64,000 bases of DNA from Giardia intestinalis (lineage: Eukaryota). Both the position numbers and the translations under genes were made by a program. The stretch lies in assembly GCA_000002435.2 (NCBI GenBank), contig CM018791.1, one strand, 5' to 3'. Position 1 is the stretch's first letter. Each line of letters starts with the position of its first letter. Below, piece by piece: positions 29,872 through 41,512 of this stretch. The notes beneath the pieces were generated by a model, which saw nothing but the letters and a program-made list of their open reading frames with translations, was not told the origin of the DNA and ran no database searches.

Positions 29872-32286
29872 ATGATGGTACTTCTACCATTCTTGCTATT
29901 GCTATATGGCACACTTGGCAGAGAGCCTTCCCCCTTGTGGGAGGGTGACGACCAGATGGACCCCGAGGGCGGCACGATATTCCCCTCCGAGGATGAATAC
30001 AACGAGCTTCCCGATGGACCCGACAACGCAGATCTGACCCGCGCAGCGCTCCCTACCAACTTCACCTACCGGGGCCACCGGTGCATCCAGATCATAAACC
30101 AGGGCTCGTGCGGCTGCTGCTACGCGGCGGCGGCGGTGGAGATGGTCACTGCCCGGCGGTGCCTCCAGCTCAACGACAGCAGGCTTGTGAGCCTCGAGGA
30201 CCTCGTCACGTGCGACCACACCAAGTATCTGAACATCCAGAACAACGGGTGCCGTGGCGGCAATTCCCTTGCGTCGCTGAAGTTCGGAGAGACGACGGGC
30301 ATGGTGTACGACACCTGCGAGGACTACTGGAACCGGACGTATCCCTACCCCACGGAGACGTGCAAGACCGTCTGCAAGGATAAGCGCCCCAAGGACCGCA
30401 CCATTAAGAACAAGGCGCCCTACAGGCTCAGCGGCGTGGACGCGATGATGCGCGACATATACCAGAACGGGCCCATTGCGGTCTCCATGTACCTGGCCAA
30501 CGACTTCCCCTCCAAGGACAAGAAGGGCATCTACAGCTCCGGCCCCAATACGAAGCTGGGGGGAGGCCACGCCGTGATGATAGTCGGGTGGGGCGAGGAG
30601 AACGGTGTACCCTACTGGGACTGTGCGAACACGTACGGCACCAATTGGGGCGACCAAGGCTACTTCAAGATCAAGCGCGGGTCCAACGAGCTCAAGATCG
30701 AGACGTGGCCCGGTTCAGCGCTGCCTATAGACACGACTCCTAAGCCGGAGCCCCAAAACGGCACAATCACTGTAGAGGCGGCCAAAACGTACATTGCTGG
30801 ATACGAGATTGCAATACCGTACAAGGAGGTAGCGACCCCTGCAGAGCTCCAGCTGAAGTCAGAAGCAGGAGCGGTGACGTCGCTCGTTAAGCTGACGACC
30901 TCTAGTGGCACCGCCCGCGTTACCATACCTCGAGACACGTCTGCAGGGCAATACTACCTGACAACCAGCACTGGAGACGCAACGTCTGCGCGCTTCTCGT
31001 TGGCGTCCTACTTCACGCTGGCATTCGACAAGACTAGCTATCAGGGACAGGAGGGAGAGAGCGTCACACTCCGGTTCGCTGCACCGCTCCAGGTGCCCTG
31101 CAAGTTGATGGACGGCGCGTCTGTGCTGATGGAGCTCAGTAAGGGGGCGCAGTCCTGCGTGGCCCCGTCGAGCATGAGCGCTGGCAGGCATGCGCTGACC
31201 CTGACCACGTCCGACACCGTTCCCGTCCTATCCGCAAGCGCAGTGCTCACAATAGAGAAGAAGCACAACGATGAAGCAGTCATCACGATATCCAACCCGG
31301 TCGCCGGCGCACAGGTGACTGCGTTGGCCGAGGGCCTGCAGATTTCGTACGCCTCAACGGGGACGAGTGCAAAGCTGCTTCTCCAGGCGTATTGCGGAGA
31401 GCGACTGCTGGATGTCATCGCTGCTGGCCTGCCTCCCTCGGGAAGCATCGAGGTCCGCCTGCCGTCTTCCTATGGCAACTGCTCAGCTGCGTACCTCCGA
31501 CTGCGCTCAGAGACGTCCCCCTTCGCGTACGCCGATGTGGGACCGCTGCATGTCACGTCGTACGGCTACCCTGCAGATGATCTCCCGGCCCCGTCTGATA
31601 AGAAGGATCCCGTGCCCGACCCGGAACCACAGCCCGACCCAGATCCCGAACCTGAGCCCGAACCTGAGCCTATTGGCGACGTGCCCCTGCTTATTACGGA
31701 GCCGTCTACGCAGAGTGTCTGGGTCCCCGGCGGTGCAGTTACAATCCGATGGACCAGCAACCTAACGGCCAGCACTGAGATGACGATCCTTTTGTACGAA
31801 AAGGTCGGATCGAAAAGCTACCTGCGCCACACGTTCACCCGCTCTGCCCCTAACACGGGGCTCTATGCCGACACTCTTCCGGCCTCTGTCCCCTCTGGCC
31901 CTAACTACTTCGTCCGCATGCGCTCCAACAGTCCCATGTTCACGAACACTTCGGATGACTTTGAGGTCAAGGCGAGCAGATACCTGGTCAGAGACGTTCC
32001 AGACGCCATTACTGTGCGGGATCCTCTGAGCTTCACTATCCATAGGCACGGGTTTGTGTTTCCCTTGCCTCGTAGAAGGTTCTCGGTCACGCTAATGCAG
32101 GCAGGAAAGGAGGTTTGTGCACTTGACGGAGTCGAGGGAGTGGCAGGACTCAACACGATCTATCTAGATAGCTGTGCTGAGAGGATGCAGGAGCTCCGAG
32201 ACAAACAATACTACCTAAAGCTATGCTCTCAGAAGATGGAGTGCACGGTAACGCCGACTTTCACGGTACTAGATGACACTCATTGA
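29872..32286 (+). CDS. cathepsin B-like (papain family C1) cysteine protease with long C-terminal extension
   Basis: Verified ATG with leader ggaaataaaATG and signal peptide MMVLLPFLLLLYGTLG. The active-site motifs are NQGSCGCCYAAA (catalytic Cys), GGGHAVMIVGWG (His) and NTYGTNWGDQGYFKIKRG (Asn). These are followed by ~480 aa of extension including the acidic linker PDPEPQPDPDPEPEPEPEP. Confidence 0.8.
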   Translation: MMVLLPFLLLLYGTLGREPSPLWEGDDQMDPEGGTIFPSEDEYNELPDGPDNADLTRAALPTNFTYRGHRCIQIINQGSCGCCYAAAAVEMVTARRCLQLNDSRLVSLEDLVTCDHTKYLNIQNNGCRGGNSLASLKFGETTGMVYDTCEDYWNRTYPYPTETCKTVCKDKRPKDRTIKNKAPYRLSGVDAMMRDIYQNGPIAVSMYLANDFPSKDKKGIYSSGPNTKLGGGHAVMIVGWGEENGVPYWDCANTYGTNWGDQGYFKIKRGSNELKIETWPGSALPIDTTPKPEPQNGTITVEAAKTYIAGYEIAIPYKEVATPAELQLKSEAGAVTSLVKLTTSSGTARVTIPRDTSAGQYYLTTSTGDATSARFSLASYFTLAFDKTSYQGQEGESVTLRFAAPLQVPCKLMDGASVLMELSKGAQSCVAPSSMSAGRHALTLTTSDTVPVLSASAVLTIEKKHNDEAVITISNPVAGAQVTALAEGLQISYASTGTSAKLLLQAYCGERLLDVIAAGLPPSGSIEVRLPSSYGNCSAAYLRLRSETSPFAYADVGPLHVTSYGYPADDLPAPSDKKDPVPDPEPQPDPDPEPEPEPEPIGDVPLLITEPSTQSVWVPGGAVTIRWTSNLTASTEMTILLYEKVGSKSYLRHTFTRSAPNTGLYADTLPASVPSGPNYFVRMRSNSPMFTNTSDDFEVKASRYLVRDVPDAITVRDPLSFTIHRHGFVFPLPRRRFSVTLMQAGKEVCALDGVEGVAGLNTIYLDSCAERMQELRDKQYYLKLCSQKMECTVTPTFTVLDDTH

Positions 32287-35200
32287 CACACTCTGATGAA
32301 CTAGATGGTAAATCTATCCTAAGCAAAGATGTTGTCGGTTACACTGGACAGACTGTCATAAGCTCCTTCCCTTCATAGCCGACCGACTTTACCGAGGCTC
32401 CGAGAAGAACAGGCCGACACCAGTTTATGCCGAGCATGCCACCAACACACCAGCCAGCCAAAACCTCTGACATTAGCGCTCACTCCTTCATCCAGACAAG
32501 TATCTAGCAAAGCCTAGAGCCCCGTGCCCTTGTTTCATTCTGCTGTAGGAGCGAAACCCAGAGGCGTCCCAAGTTCTCTGTACTCGACATAGCGAGAGGC
32601 CAAAACTAGGATAGGGACCGTCTTACCACTGCAGACCAGTGTAGGCGCACATAGAACCGCAGCAGAGAGGATCCTAGAGGCATCCTTAGCATCTTCGTAC
32701 TAAGAAGGCCAGAGCTGGACAGAGCCCCTTTTCTATAATCCAACTGGAGTCCGGCACTAGTATTGGGGGAGTAAGATCCTAGCCCCTAGAGCGCAAAAGG
32801 CACAGGGTAATCCGATCCAAAGCAATCTATTCTCGACACGCATTGCAGCCAGCGCCCTCAGCAGCATACGAACAAAAGGCATGCACTTCCGATTATGCAG
32901 ATCAACACAATCCATTATACGGCACAGCCACTTTTGCCAGACGAATCCCTGTGCATGGAGGCATCCAACTAAGCTACGGAGACAGCGTGGGCCAGCTGGG
33001 CGCCGAACGTATACAGAAGAGCGACATATTAGTAAGGCACCTTGTTAGAGATTCGAGCCGTACAGCGTTATCACTAGGGGACTGCTGCAGAGAAAACTGT
33101 GAGAGGATGAGGAACAACTGGATTGCCATACAACCGGCTCGAAGCAAAACCACTTTGCATGACAGAACAGCTCTCCGTGTCAATATGAATATTGTCATCG
33201 AGAATGGCTCAGGGAAGAGAAGCACATGGTCAGAGCGGATGGTATAGGAACAAGGTGTTGTTTGCCAGAACTGCGACGTGGGTGCCCAGATTACCAGATT
33301 CTGGAGGTAGATGGCATCGGTGCTTTTAGTCCTGCAAGATCCCATTGTCTGCCTTATGGCAATCTCAGAACACACGCCTAAGTGGAGAGATAGGGCGCCA
33401 CCAAGGAGTAAACAAGAGAAGTTAAAGTGCAAACCTGTCGTTGGGGTCTAGTCTTTCATGCCTACACTACCCCTGACAAGGATGCATCCAACCACTCAGC
33501 TGCTCGAGATTGGAATCAGTACACCGGAAATGTTATGGCAGAATGAGGTATTCAATTGTTAGTGCTAGGTGTGGATTTTATTCTTATGTAGGGCTAAGTA
33601 GTATGATTAAACAGGTGCCCAGAGGCTTCATAGGGGAATGAATAAGGAGCCATCAGCGAGTTCGATGCTTGGGCTATAGTGTAACAGACAGAACGAGGAA
33701 GCGGGACTCTCTCCCGTGGTGCATCATGCTACTCTACTATTTCATGCGAAGAACAGCTTTGTTGCAAGGGCTCTGTATCCCCATGGCCTATCGGCTAGGG
33801 TCCGCCATCACATAATGTCGCTATCTATATCACCGGGCTTTCTATCGCTATGTAAGTCAGAGCTGCCTTCTCTGCATCATCACTGTATCAATGTACTGTG
33901 CCAGCAAAATCCTACTGTCTTACATGACACGATAGAGGTAGGCACGTTGCACATAACGAGTCCATTCACGGACAGGGGGTTTTGAGGCCTTTTATCTTTG
34001 CTTTTTCTGGCATCGTCTATCAGTAAAAGTATCCAGCAGTGCCCGAGCCCAGCAATTCAACTACTGCAACGGTGGGTGCGCAGTGAGTCTAACGCGATCA
34101 TCATATGAAGACTGCACAACGCCAGGGATATTCTGTTGGATGCTCCTATCGGACTTGGTATCAAGAATGGCATGAAGGGGACATGACCATCACATAGGCT
34201 GCGTGGTACCAGTAGTGTTAGCACAGTAGCAGATCTGGATAGGCCTGAAGGTAGACAAAGCCTACAAGCAAGTGACTCGTCCTCTTTGCTGCTACAACAG
34301 GTGCAATAGCACGTGGGTCCAAAGTCTAACCATCTGGGTCACAACTGTTACATATCGAAGGAGTGGACCGCATGGGATGCAGGCACGTGCAATGAGGAAT
34401 GTGAGAAGGCCACCTGGTCCAAACAGTGTCCCTGCTACTACTGTCCTCATTGCGTGGTGCACTCCATACCTAGAGTTCCGGGCTCAGACTGAACCCTGAG
34501 CCAACCCTCGAGAGATCCCATCTCCAGAAGGATGCGTCCTTCACTGTCTATGGCAGCGGGGTCAAAGAACTATGGCCCAAGTGCAGTCAGACTGGTTCGG
34601 TGTGGGGTGCAAGCGCCCACTATTCTCTCTCTGGCCGTCCAGTACCATGTGTTCTGTATCAGACAGGCAGGATCTGACGTTGCACAACACAAGAGCCCTT
34701 CCAGGATGTGCAGGGGGCTGTGTGATCTGTGATGGTGGCGCGTCTCTACCTTCGAAGATGCTGGCAGAGCCAGTGAGCCTAGTGAAGTACACCGGTAGCT
34801 ATAGCGTACCGAATGGATCAAGCCCTTTGCATCCGGTCACGAATTATGCCTTTGTAACAGACCACAGGTGAAGCGGGAAACTTAGCCCTGATGGTGGCAC
34901 GACTGTAATGGCTGGTGAGTCCAGAGTAACCGCCGAATTGGAGCCGTCGATGTGGTTTTCAACAAGGTACAGCAGAGCGTATGAGCCAGCTGAGCACTGA
35001 TGCTGGGCTTCTGAAGAGCTGGGGCTTGGACCTCTCAGATGAAGCAGGGTGAATTGTGTTGTCCTTGCTGAGTAATCTTAGAATCTCAAAGTGTCTGGAT
35101 CCGTACTTGCGTGTCCGTCAAAACCCACAGTGTGCTTTGGGACCGCACTAGTTGATAGGTCGAGATATTTGAGAAGAGCTTTGCTGTCTTCTGCCATCAG

Positions 35201-38200
35201 CATGCGCTGTCTCGTGGACCCATCCTGAGGTTACGCCCTTGAGTGACCAGAGGGGACCAAATGCCAGCAGAGCTGGTCAGCGAGGCAAGCCTGCTACAAG
35301 CAGCTTGTCGATCTAGCGAAAGGCATACCTACGGCGAAGAAGAGCATCTTGCACCAGTTGAGTGTGACTTAGGGCTAGGGGCGAATTGGGGGCTGGATCT
35401 GCGAACGACCGCCATTTTGCATCATCCTTGTGGCCATGACTAGGCCATCCAGGCAACACGCCTCGATACGGGCGCAGAGACTTGGAGAGTAGGATGCCCC
35501 CATAGGTTTGTTGCTTGAGTACTAAAAAATCCGGAACAACAATAACGGCTGCTGTCTCCTCGGGATGCCCATCTGTCCATAGGATCGGTCGTTCTAGCTT
35601 TGATCCACTGGACAAGTAGCCTAGGGGTATTCTGTGCCACAGTCTGACACACAGTGCAGTACAGGTACTCGTAAGCACAGCAATACAGGGGAGGGGAGTA
35701 GCATGAGCAGCCGGCGCGTTATGCTCCTGGTTGTGTACTGTAGCTTCCGCCTGTATAAAGCTACACTGAGCTAGCACGTCCTATTACCTTCCGGCGATGA
35801 CTGTCTCTACCACTGCGTTCGCTACAACAAGAGACGTATACGCCTGACAAATTAAGCAGATATTGCGGCATCCTTCTCTAGTAGCGTATACAGGCCCGCA
35901 CAATGCCATAGTAGATAGAGTAGATGTCATTTCATCTAAGGTGTCTACTTTGATGGAAGACAGCGCTCGGTTATACTAGAGATGCTTCTGTTTAAGCATA
36001 AGGTCTTTACGACTGCTTATCCATCAGCTACAGTGACAGCTGTATACCCAAAAGGATCCTGCAGAGCGCTCCGCCATCTTTCAAGGTGAAACATAGATAT
36101 GCGTACAAAGCTAAAAATAGAAATCTGTGCATCAAATGTCATAACCCTAGTGTGATGACTGGCCTAAATCACAATGCACTCGTCAAGAGCTTGTATACTC
36201 GCTTGCATACTCGCTATTAGTATTAAGCAAGAATACAGGGAGATTTGCCTCTGGTTGCGCTCACCTCATAATGTCTAGTCCTCGGTGACACGCTTCAAGG
36301 AGGAAGAATGTCTGCTAGGTGCTTGGAAGACTATCCGTGCATGGCGGCTCCTAGAGAGCCGGTTCGCATGGAGAATGTAAGGGTAATCAACAGATCAGTG
36401 AGATAAAACTGACGCTACAGAGACTAGCTATTAGCTCGGATTACAGCAGGGACACCTGTAATGCCTCTCTGACCTCTAAACCTGGAGAGGTCGTAGGGTC
36501 TGCAGACAAGCTGGACGCTGCTTTTTGATTTTATGCATTTACGGCAGCGTAATATCTATCAAGAGTTGCTTCGTTTGGAGCCGAGGGTATTCACCTTCCC
36601 TTCGTATACAGATGAGGAGCGATTGTAGAGATCTCCACAGGCTGGTACCGGTCGATATGGTCACTATCCACACTGTCTCAGCTGCGTCCTCCCATGCCAG
36701 ATGGACACCAATAATGCTTCTTGGCCACATGACGTCCTACGATGCATCTCCACCTTCGACACAGGTTGCTACACACACTGCGTAGTTTAGATTGCTCATT
36801 AGCCAAGGTGATCTGATCAGCTCTTGTCCTCTGCCCGTCTATCTCGTGCAACCACTACTGATGGCCTTTCCAGATCAGCGAGTGCTTCCATCGGTCCCGC
36901 AAGGGCATACGTCATACAGGCGACCACTACGGACTAGGGTCCTGTCTACCAAAGAAAGGGTCAACCAGTTTACTACGTAGGCATTCATTGTGCGTCTCAT
37001 ATAGTCCGGCAGGTCTTGTGCTCTCCAACATTCCCTCGCAAGCCTCCGACTAAAGCCATGCATATCGTTATTGACAAGCACCTTAGCTTTATTCGACCAC
37101 TTAGGGCGTTAGATCCTTTGCCCTGTACAGTGGGTATGCTCAGCGTGGGAGGTTCACAATCAGCATTAGCTTTCTTGGCTCATTGTTTGAGTAATACTGT
37201 CATTGCTTCTCGATTCAACTAGCAACTCAACTAATGGTCTCAAATGCAAATGATAACTCACCAGTAGGTAGTCAGCAATAACTGTGGCGCATATCTCCGC
37301 CAAGACACGGCTTCCTGAGCAGGGGCATGAAGTGGGCCTCTGCCATTCTACGGTCCTGCTGCTCCCTCGGATAGCAAGGATCGGAACAGCCTAGGCTAAC
37401 ATTGATCGCTTCCGGGTCTCCATCTGTCCTCGTTGTCTGAGGTAGGCTTGACTTCATAAACTGAAAGGTACTGCACTGTACTCTGGATCTGCGAAATTCA
37501 ATTAGGCAGGGCTGCCATTTCGGTGGCTGCACTGATGTAGCTGCGCACCCCGCAGGACCTCCAGAGAGCATTACAGCTCAATGGAACCCTTTATTTGTCT
37601 AATGCAAGTTGTAGCTGTGACCTTATAGGTGCAGGACTTTCTAGAATAACCGGCCAACTACAGAGTTCGCTCATTCATGTAGAGCCAACGAATAGAGAGT
37701 AACATCAGTTTCGTCGATCGTCTACAACGCACATCAGTCAAATCTCACAGGCGAGTAAGCCCCATCCACCCCGCAGCAATAAGCATCAGTAGGTGTTCTT
37801 CATAACGATAAGTAGACAGGCTTTCAACAATCACAGCACCCGCTTTCCTGTTGAAGACCTTCCAGTCACTAGCCTAGGTCAGCTTCCTACAAGATCCGTG
37901 ATGGAATTGTATCAGAAATGCATGCTTATGGGACTCCCAGCTCAAGATGTATGCTGCTGGATCCCACTTTCCATACCAGTCTGTGTACGGCGGTTCTTTT
38001 GGCCCCTAGTGGAGCCATAGAAGATTGCAGGATATGATGTCCTCAGTAGGGCTTTATCTGACTCCTATAGCTATATGACAAGAAGATCCCGGCCTTCTAT
38101 GCATTATTTAACGCATGCTAAGGTGCACTAGTACAACCCCTACAGTGTGGCATGATTCGTGAGTCAAGAGGTAGGACGCTTACGCTGATTGGCATGTCTC

Positions 38201-39289
38201 CTCAGGGCCAACTACAGCTCGGACCAAAGGTCATGAGCGAATGCTATTCGATTCCCTTATCAACAGATGGGGGTCAACTGCTCTAACACCCACAGGAGGT
38301 CACAAAAGGTACTGGACCAGGCATCCGGCCAACGCCTGGCAAACCAGCGCGGTCTCCTTGGATTCTATTCTTTCCTCACAAGCATCCACATGTAGGAAGC
38401 TCTGAGGGCTTAAAGCCTTACACTAGCAGGCTCAAAGTACTGCAAACCCGGCTGCCTCCACTAGCGATGGTAGCGACAGCACTAGGATGATCCAGAGGGG
38501 AGGATAAGAGTCCTGCTCCATCAGTTTAGGGGGTGACACAGTTTGGGCAAGGTTTTCTCCTTGTCTAGATTTAGGAGTGCTGGCCTACGCTCTCTGAAGC
38601 CCAATTGACACCCTGTCATGCGATAGGATATCTTAAAGTATTCATTACAAAAGATCAGAAATAGCGCCATGCACACCCAACAAACCAGAGCGCCTCGTAG
38701 GCTAATCTATACTGATTCACACTTCTACGGGCCTTAGCGATCACTGTAGCCTTTTCTCGGGATCTCGCACAAGACTGTCCTTGAGTGCGGTTCTCTCACG
38801 ACAGCCGGGAGTCGCAGACATAATCTAAGGAAGTGATGATGCAACAGAGGCGGAAACGAGGTCATCGGCGCATGGGGGTCCGTAGGGGCCCGATCCGCGC
38901 AAGGAAGGCACAGGGAGCTGACTCATCAGGGACGTAGAGACCCCAGGAGAGGAGCCAGCAACGAACCCACGGCACAGCAGGGGCACCTGAGCTGTCTTTT
39001 GATTGGCCGCAGGGTAGAGAGGCGGCGAGCGTGTGAAGAAGTTTCACCACCTATTTTTGGATTTTTTGTTTCCCTGCGTGTTGTGCAGGGGGTATGGAGT
39101 TCAGGCCCAGAGAGCTCGCGTGGGCTGTATGCAGTAGATGTACTTAGTATTTGATGAGCTTCTATGTCCTAAGCAGAGGTATCGTAGGAGACGAATCTCT
39201 TTGGATTAATTAGCACAGTATATAGTAAGTCAGGTCTTTAGTCTTAAGTATTTTATTCTTACTCATGCGATAAGCTGAGAAGGACCTCA

Positions 39290-40945
39290 ATGTTGTTGGT
39301 AGCTTTCTACTTTGTGCTGAGTGCTCTTGCAGCAGAATGTAGCGCGGAGGGAACTGCTAAAGATAACTGTGAAGCCAATCATTGCGAAATGGTTGGTGGC
39401 ACTGAAATCTGTACGCAATGTCAAACAGGAAAGGTTCCAATTGATGGGCAATGTGCAGGTGCTACTGATAGCAACACAAAGTGCAAGAATGCTGATGGCG
39501 TTGCTGATGCAGATCAGACGTGCGGAAAATGTCTTCTAGAAACTTTCATGTACAAAGGAGGATGCTATGTAACAACCAAGGCTCCTGGTAATGTGATGTG
39601 CGGAGATGCAGCTGCTGGTAAGTGCACACAGGTTAAGGCTGGGTACTTCCTGCCGCCGGGCGCTGATAATGCGCACGACTCGGTTGTTTCATGCGGGGAT
39701 ACAACGGGCGTGACGCTTACTGACAATAAGAAGTACACGGGCGTGGCCGGGTGTGGTAAGTGTGAGCAACCCGGCGAAGCACAGAATGGCACTCCCAAGG
39801 CCGCCACATGCACTGAGTGCCAGGCGGATAAGTATCTGAAGACAGAATCAGGGACAACCTCTTGTGTTGACGAAGGGAACTGCAATAACGGATTCTTCCC
39901 CACCACTGATGCACAGAGTAATAACAAGAAGGTATGTGCTCTGTGTAGTGAGGCCGATAAGGGTGGCATAGCCGACTGCAAGAAGTGCTCCCTCAAAGCA
40001 ACGTCTGCAAGAGCAGGTCCAATGGTTACGTGCTCTGAGTGTACTAATAATAATCTGAGCCCCCTGAAGGACGAGTGCATGCTCGGTTGCCCTGCTGGCA
40101 CATATGCCAACAACAAGGTGTGCACCCTCTGCCACGAGTCGTGCGCTGGCTGCCAGACCGACGACAAGGAGACCTCCTGTACGGCCTGCTACCCCGGGTC
40201 TGTACTTGAGCATGATGGTGATCTGACTACTGGCAAATGCATCCAGGAGTGCACGGGAAGGTACGCAGAGAACTGCGAAGCTGGCCAGTGCACGGCCGTC
40301 GTTGGGGGATCCAAGTATTGCAGCAGGTGCAAGACAGGGTTCGTTCCGATAAACGGCATGTGCGTCTCTACAACAGCCCGCGCAGCCACAGAGTGTGTGG
40401 CTGGAGAGGGAGTCTGCACTAGTTGCACGGGCGCATACTTCTTAGAATCTGGCGGATGCTATAAAACCGGGGCATTTCCAGGTAACACGTTGTGCATAGC
40501 CGCAGGGGCCAATGGAAAGTGTGCAAACTGCGCCAATGGACAGAATGCAGATCCTCAAACAGGCGCGTGTCCCCCGTGTCCAGCCAACTGCTCAAAGTGC
40601 AGCGGCGATAGCGATGTTAAGACGTGTACTGAGTGCTATTCTGGATACTATCTTGACACTGGAAAAGAGTGTAAAAAGTGTTCTGAAACAAGTGGTAACA
40701 TCCAAGGCGTACCTAATTGCGTGAGCTGTAAAGCTCCTTCGTCTCCTAATGCGCCGACTCCTGTTACCTGCTATGTTAAAACAGACGCCACTAACAACGG
40801 CGATAACGATAACAACGGCGGAAGCACGAACAAGAGCGGCCTCTCCACTGGGGCCATCGCGGGTATCTCCGTTGCTGTGGTGGTTGTTGTGGGTGGTCTC
40901 GTAGGGTTCCTCTGCTGGTGGTTCATATGTAGGGGGAAGGCGTAG
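39290..40945 (+). CDS. vsp: variant-specific surface protein (VSP)
   Basis: Verified ATG. It has a signal peptide MLLVAFYFVLSALAAEC and a 551-aa Cys-rich body with many CxxC and GGCY motifs. The hydrophobic TM segment AIAGISVAVVVVVGGLVGFLCWWFI is followed by the invariant cytoplasmic tail CRGKA. Confidence 0.9.
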   Translation: MLLVAFYFVLSALAAECSAEGTAKDNCEANHCEMVGGTEICTQCQTGKVPIDGQCAGATDSNTKCKNADGVADADQTCGKCLLETFMYKGGCYVTTKAPGNVMCGDAAAGKCTQVKAGYFLPPGADNAHDSVVSCGDTTGVTLTDNKKYTGVAGCGKCEQPGEAQNGTPKAATCTECQADKYLKTESGTTSCVDEGNCNNGFFPTTDAQSNNKKVCALCSEADKGGIADCKKCSLKATSARAGPMVTCSECTNNNLSPLKDECMLGCPAGTYANNKVCTLCHESCAGCQTDDKETSCTACYPGSVLEHDGDLTTGKCIQECTGRYAENCEAGQCTAVVGGSKYCSRCKTGFVPINGMCVSTTARAATECVAGEGVCTSCTGAYFLESGGCYKTGAFPGNTLCIAAGANGKCANCANGQNADPQTGACPPCPANCSKCSGDSDVKTCTECYSGYYLDTGKECKKCSETSGNIQGVPNCVSCKAPSSPNAPTPVTCYVKTDATNNGDNDNNGGSTNKSGLSTGAIAGISVAVVVVVGGLVGFLCWWFICRGKA

Positions 40946-40959
40946 ATGTGTACTTAGGT

Positions 40960-40966
40960 AGTAAAC
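40960..40966 (+). terminator. Giardia polyadenylation signal (AGTRAAY) downstream of VSP
   Basis: agtaaac lies 15 nt after the VSP stop (tag 40943-40945) and matches the known Giardia AGTPuAAPy consensus. Confidence 0.5.
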
Positions 40967-41512
40967 GCGTCACTGTATATGATTTATTACACTATGCTGC
41001 TGGGGCTATCTGAGTGTGGCCCAGAGATCGTGCGGGTAATCATCGCTCCTTCCTGGTCAGTTCAGAGACGACTGTTGGTCATGGATAGCATAACAAGAGG
41101 GTCCTCTCCAGTGATATATTCAGAGTCTGGGCATTCCTCGGCCACTCCATGAGGATATGCTCTGTCTGGATATCCATGCCGATCTGCCTTGGATTCAGGC
41201 CTTCTTGTAGACTCTCTGCTCTACCGGTGGGGCCTCTCCTTGGTCTTCCTTCGTGGTGGGTGAGACTCCGGTCGCTGTCTTTTTTAGATGCCCCCGTCTG
41301 TCAGGGGCTGCCATCGGGGCTCTCCGCTGGCTGGGCCCCTCGGTGTCCGGTCAGCTGTGGCCCGGGCAGCGCTTCTACAGTCGTGGTCACGCAGGTCTCA
41401 GTGGGCCAGCTGGTGGGTGAGGCGGTGGGGGCTGGGCGGTGAGGCTGGGTTGCTGGGGCGGTGAGGCCGGAGGGGACTGGTGGGACCGGGTGGGGTGTTG
41501 TATGTGCCTCTG

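Larger units (their letters stand above)
30057..41512. repeat. left arm of giant inverted repeat (palindrome); base-perfect to ~41280, diverged innermost ~230 bp
   Basis: Every ORF in 30057..41500 has an identical reverse-strand twin whose coordinates sum to 84577. The outer breakpoint was read directly: the rc of 30057.. matches ..54520, with a mismatch at 30056/54521. Inner match was read to ~41512/43064. Confidence 0.85.

Noticed and set aside
29902-30657. Long antisense or alternative-frame ORFs inside the big genes (e.g. 29902..30657 - inside cathepsin B, 8477..8947 + inside the ankyrin gene, 15838..16248 -)
   Set aside because: They lie wholly within a motif-supported gene on the other strand or frame, are Arg/Pro/Gly/Ala-rich as expected for out-of-frame GC-rich coding DNA, and show no motifs.
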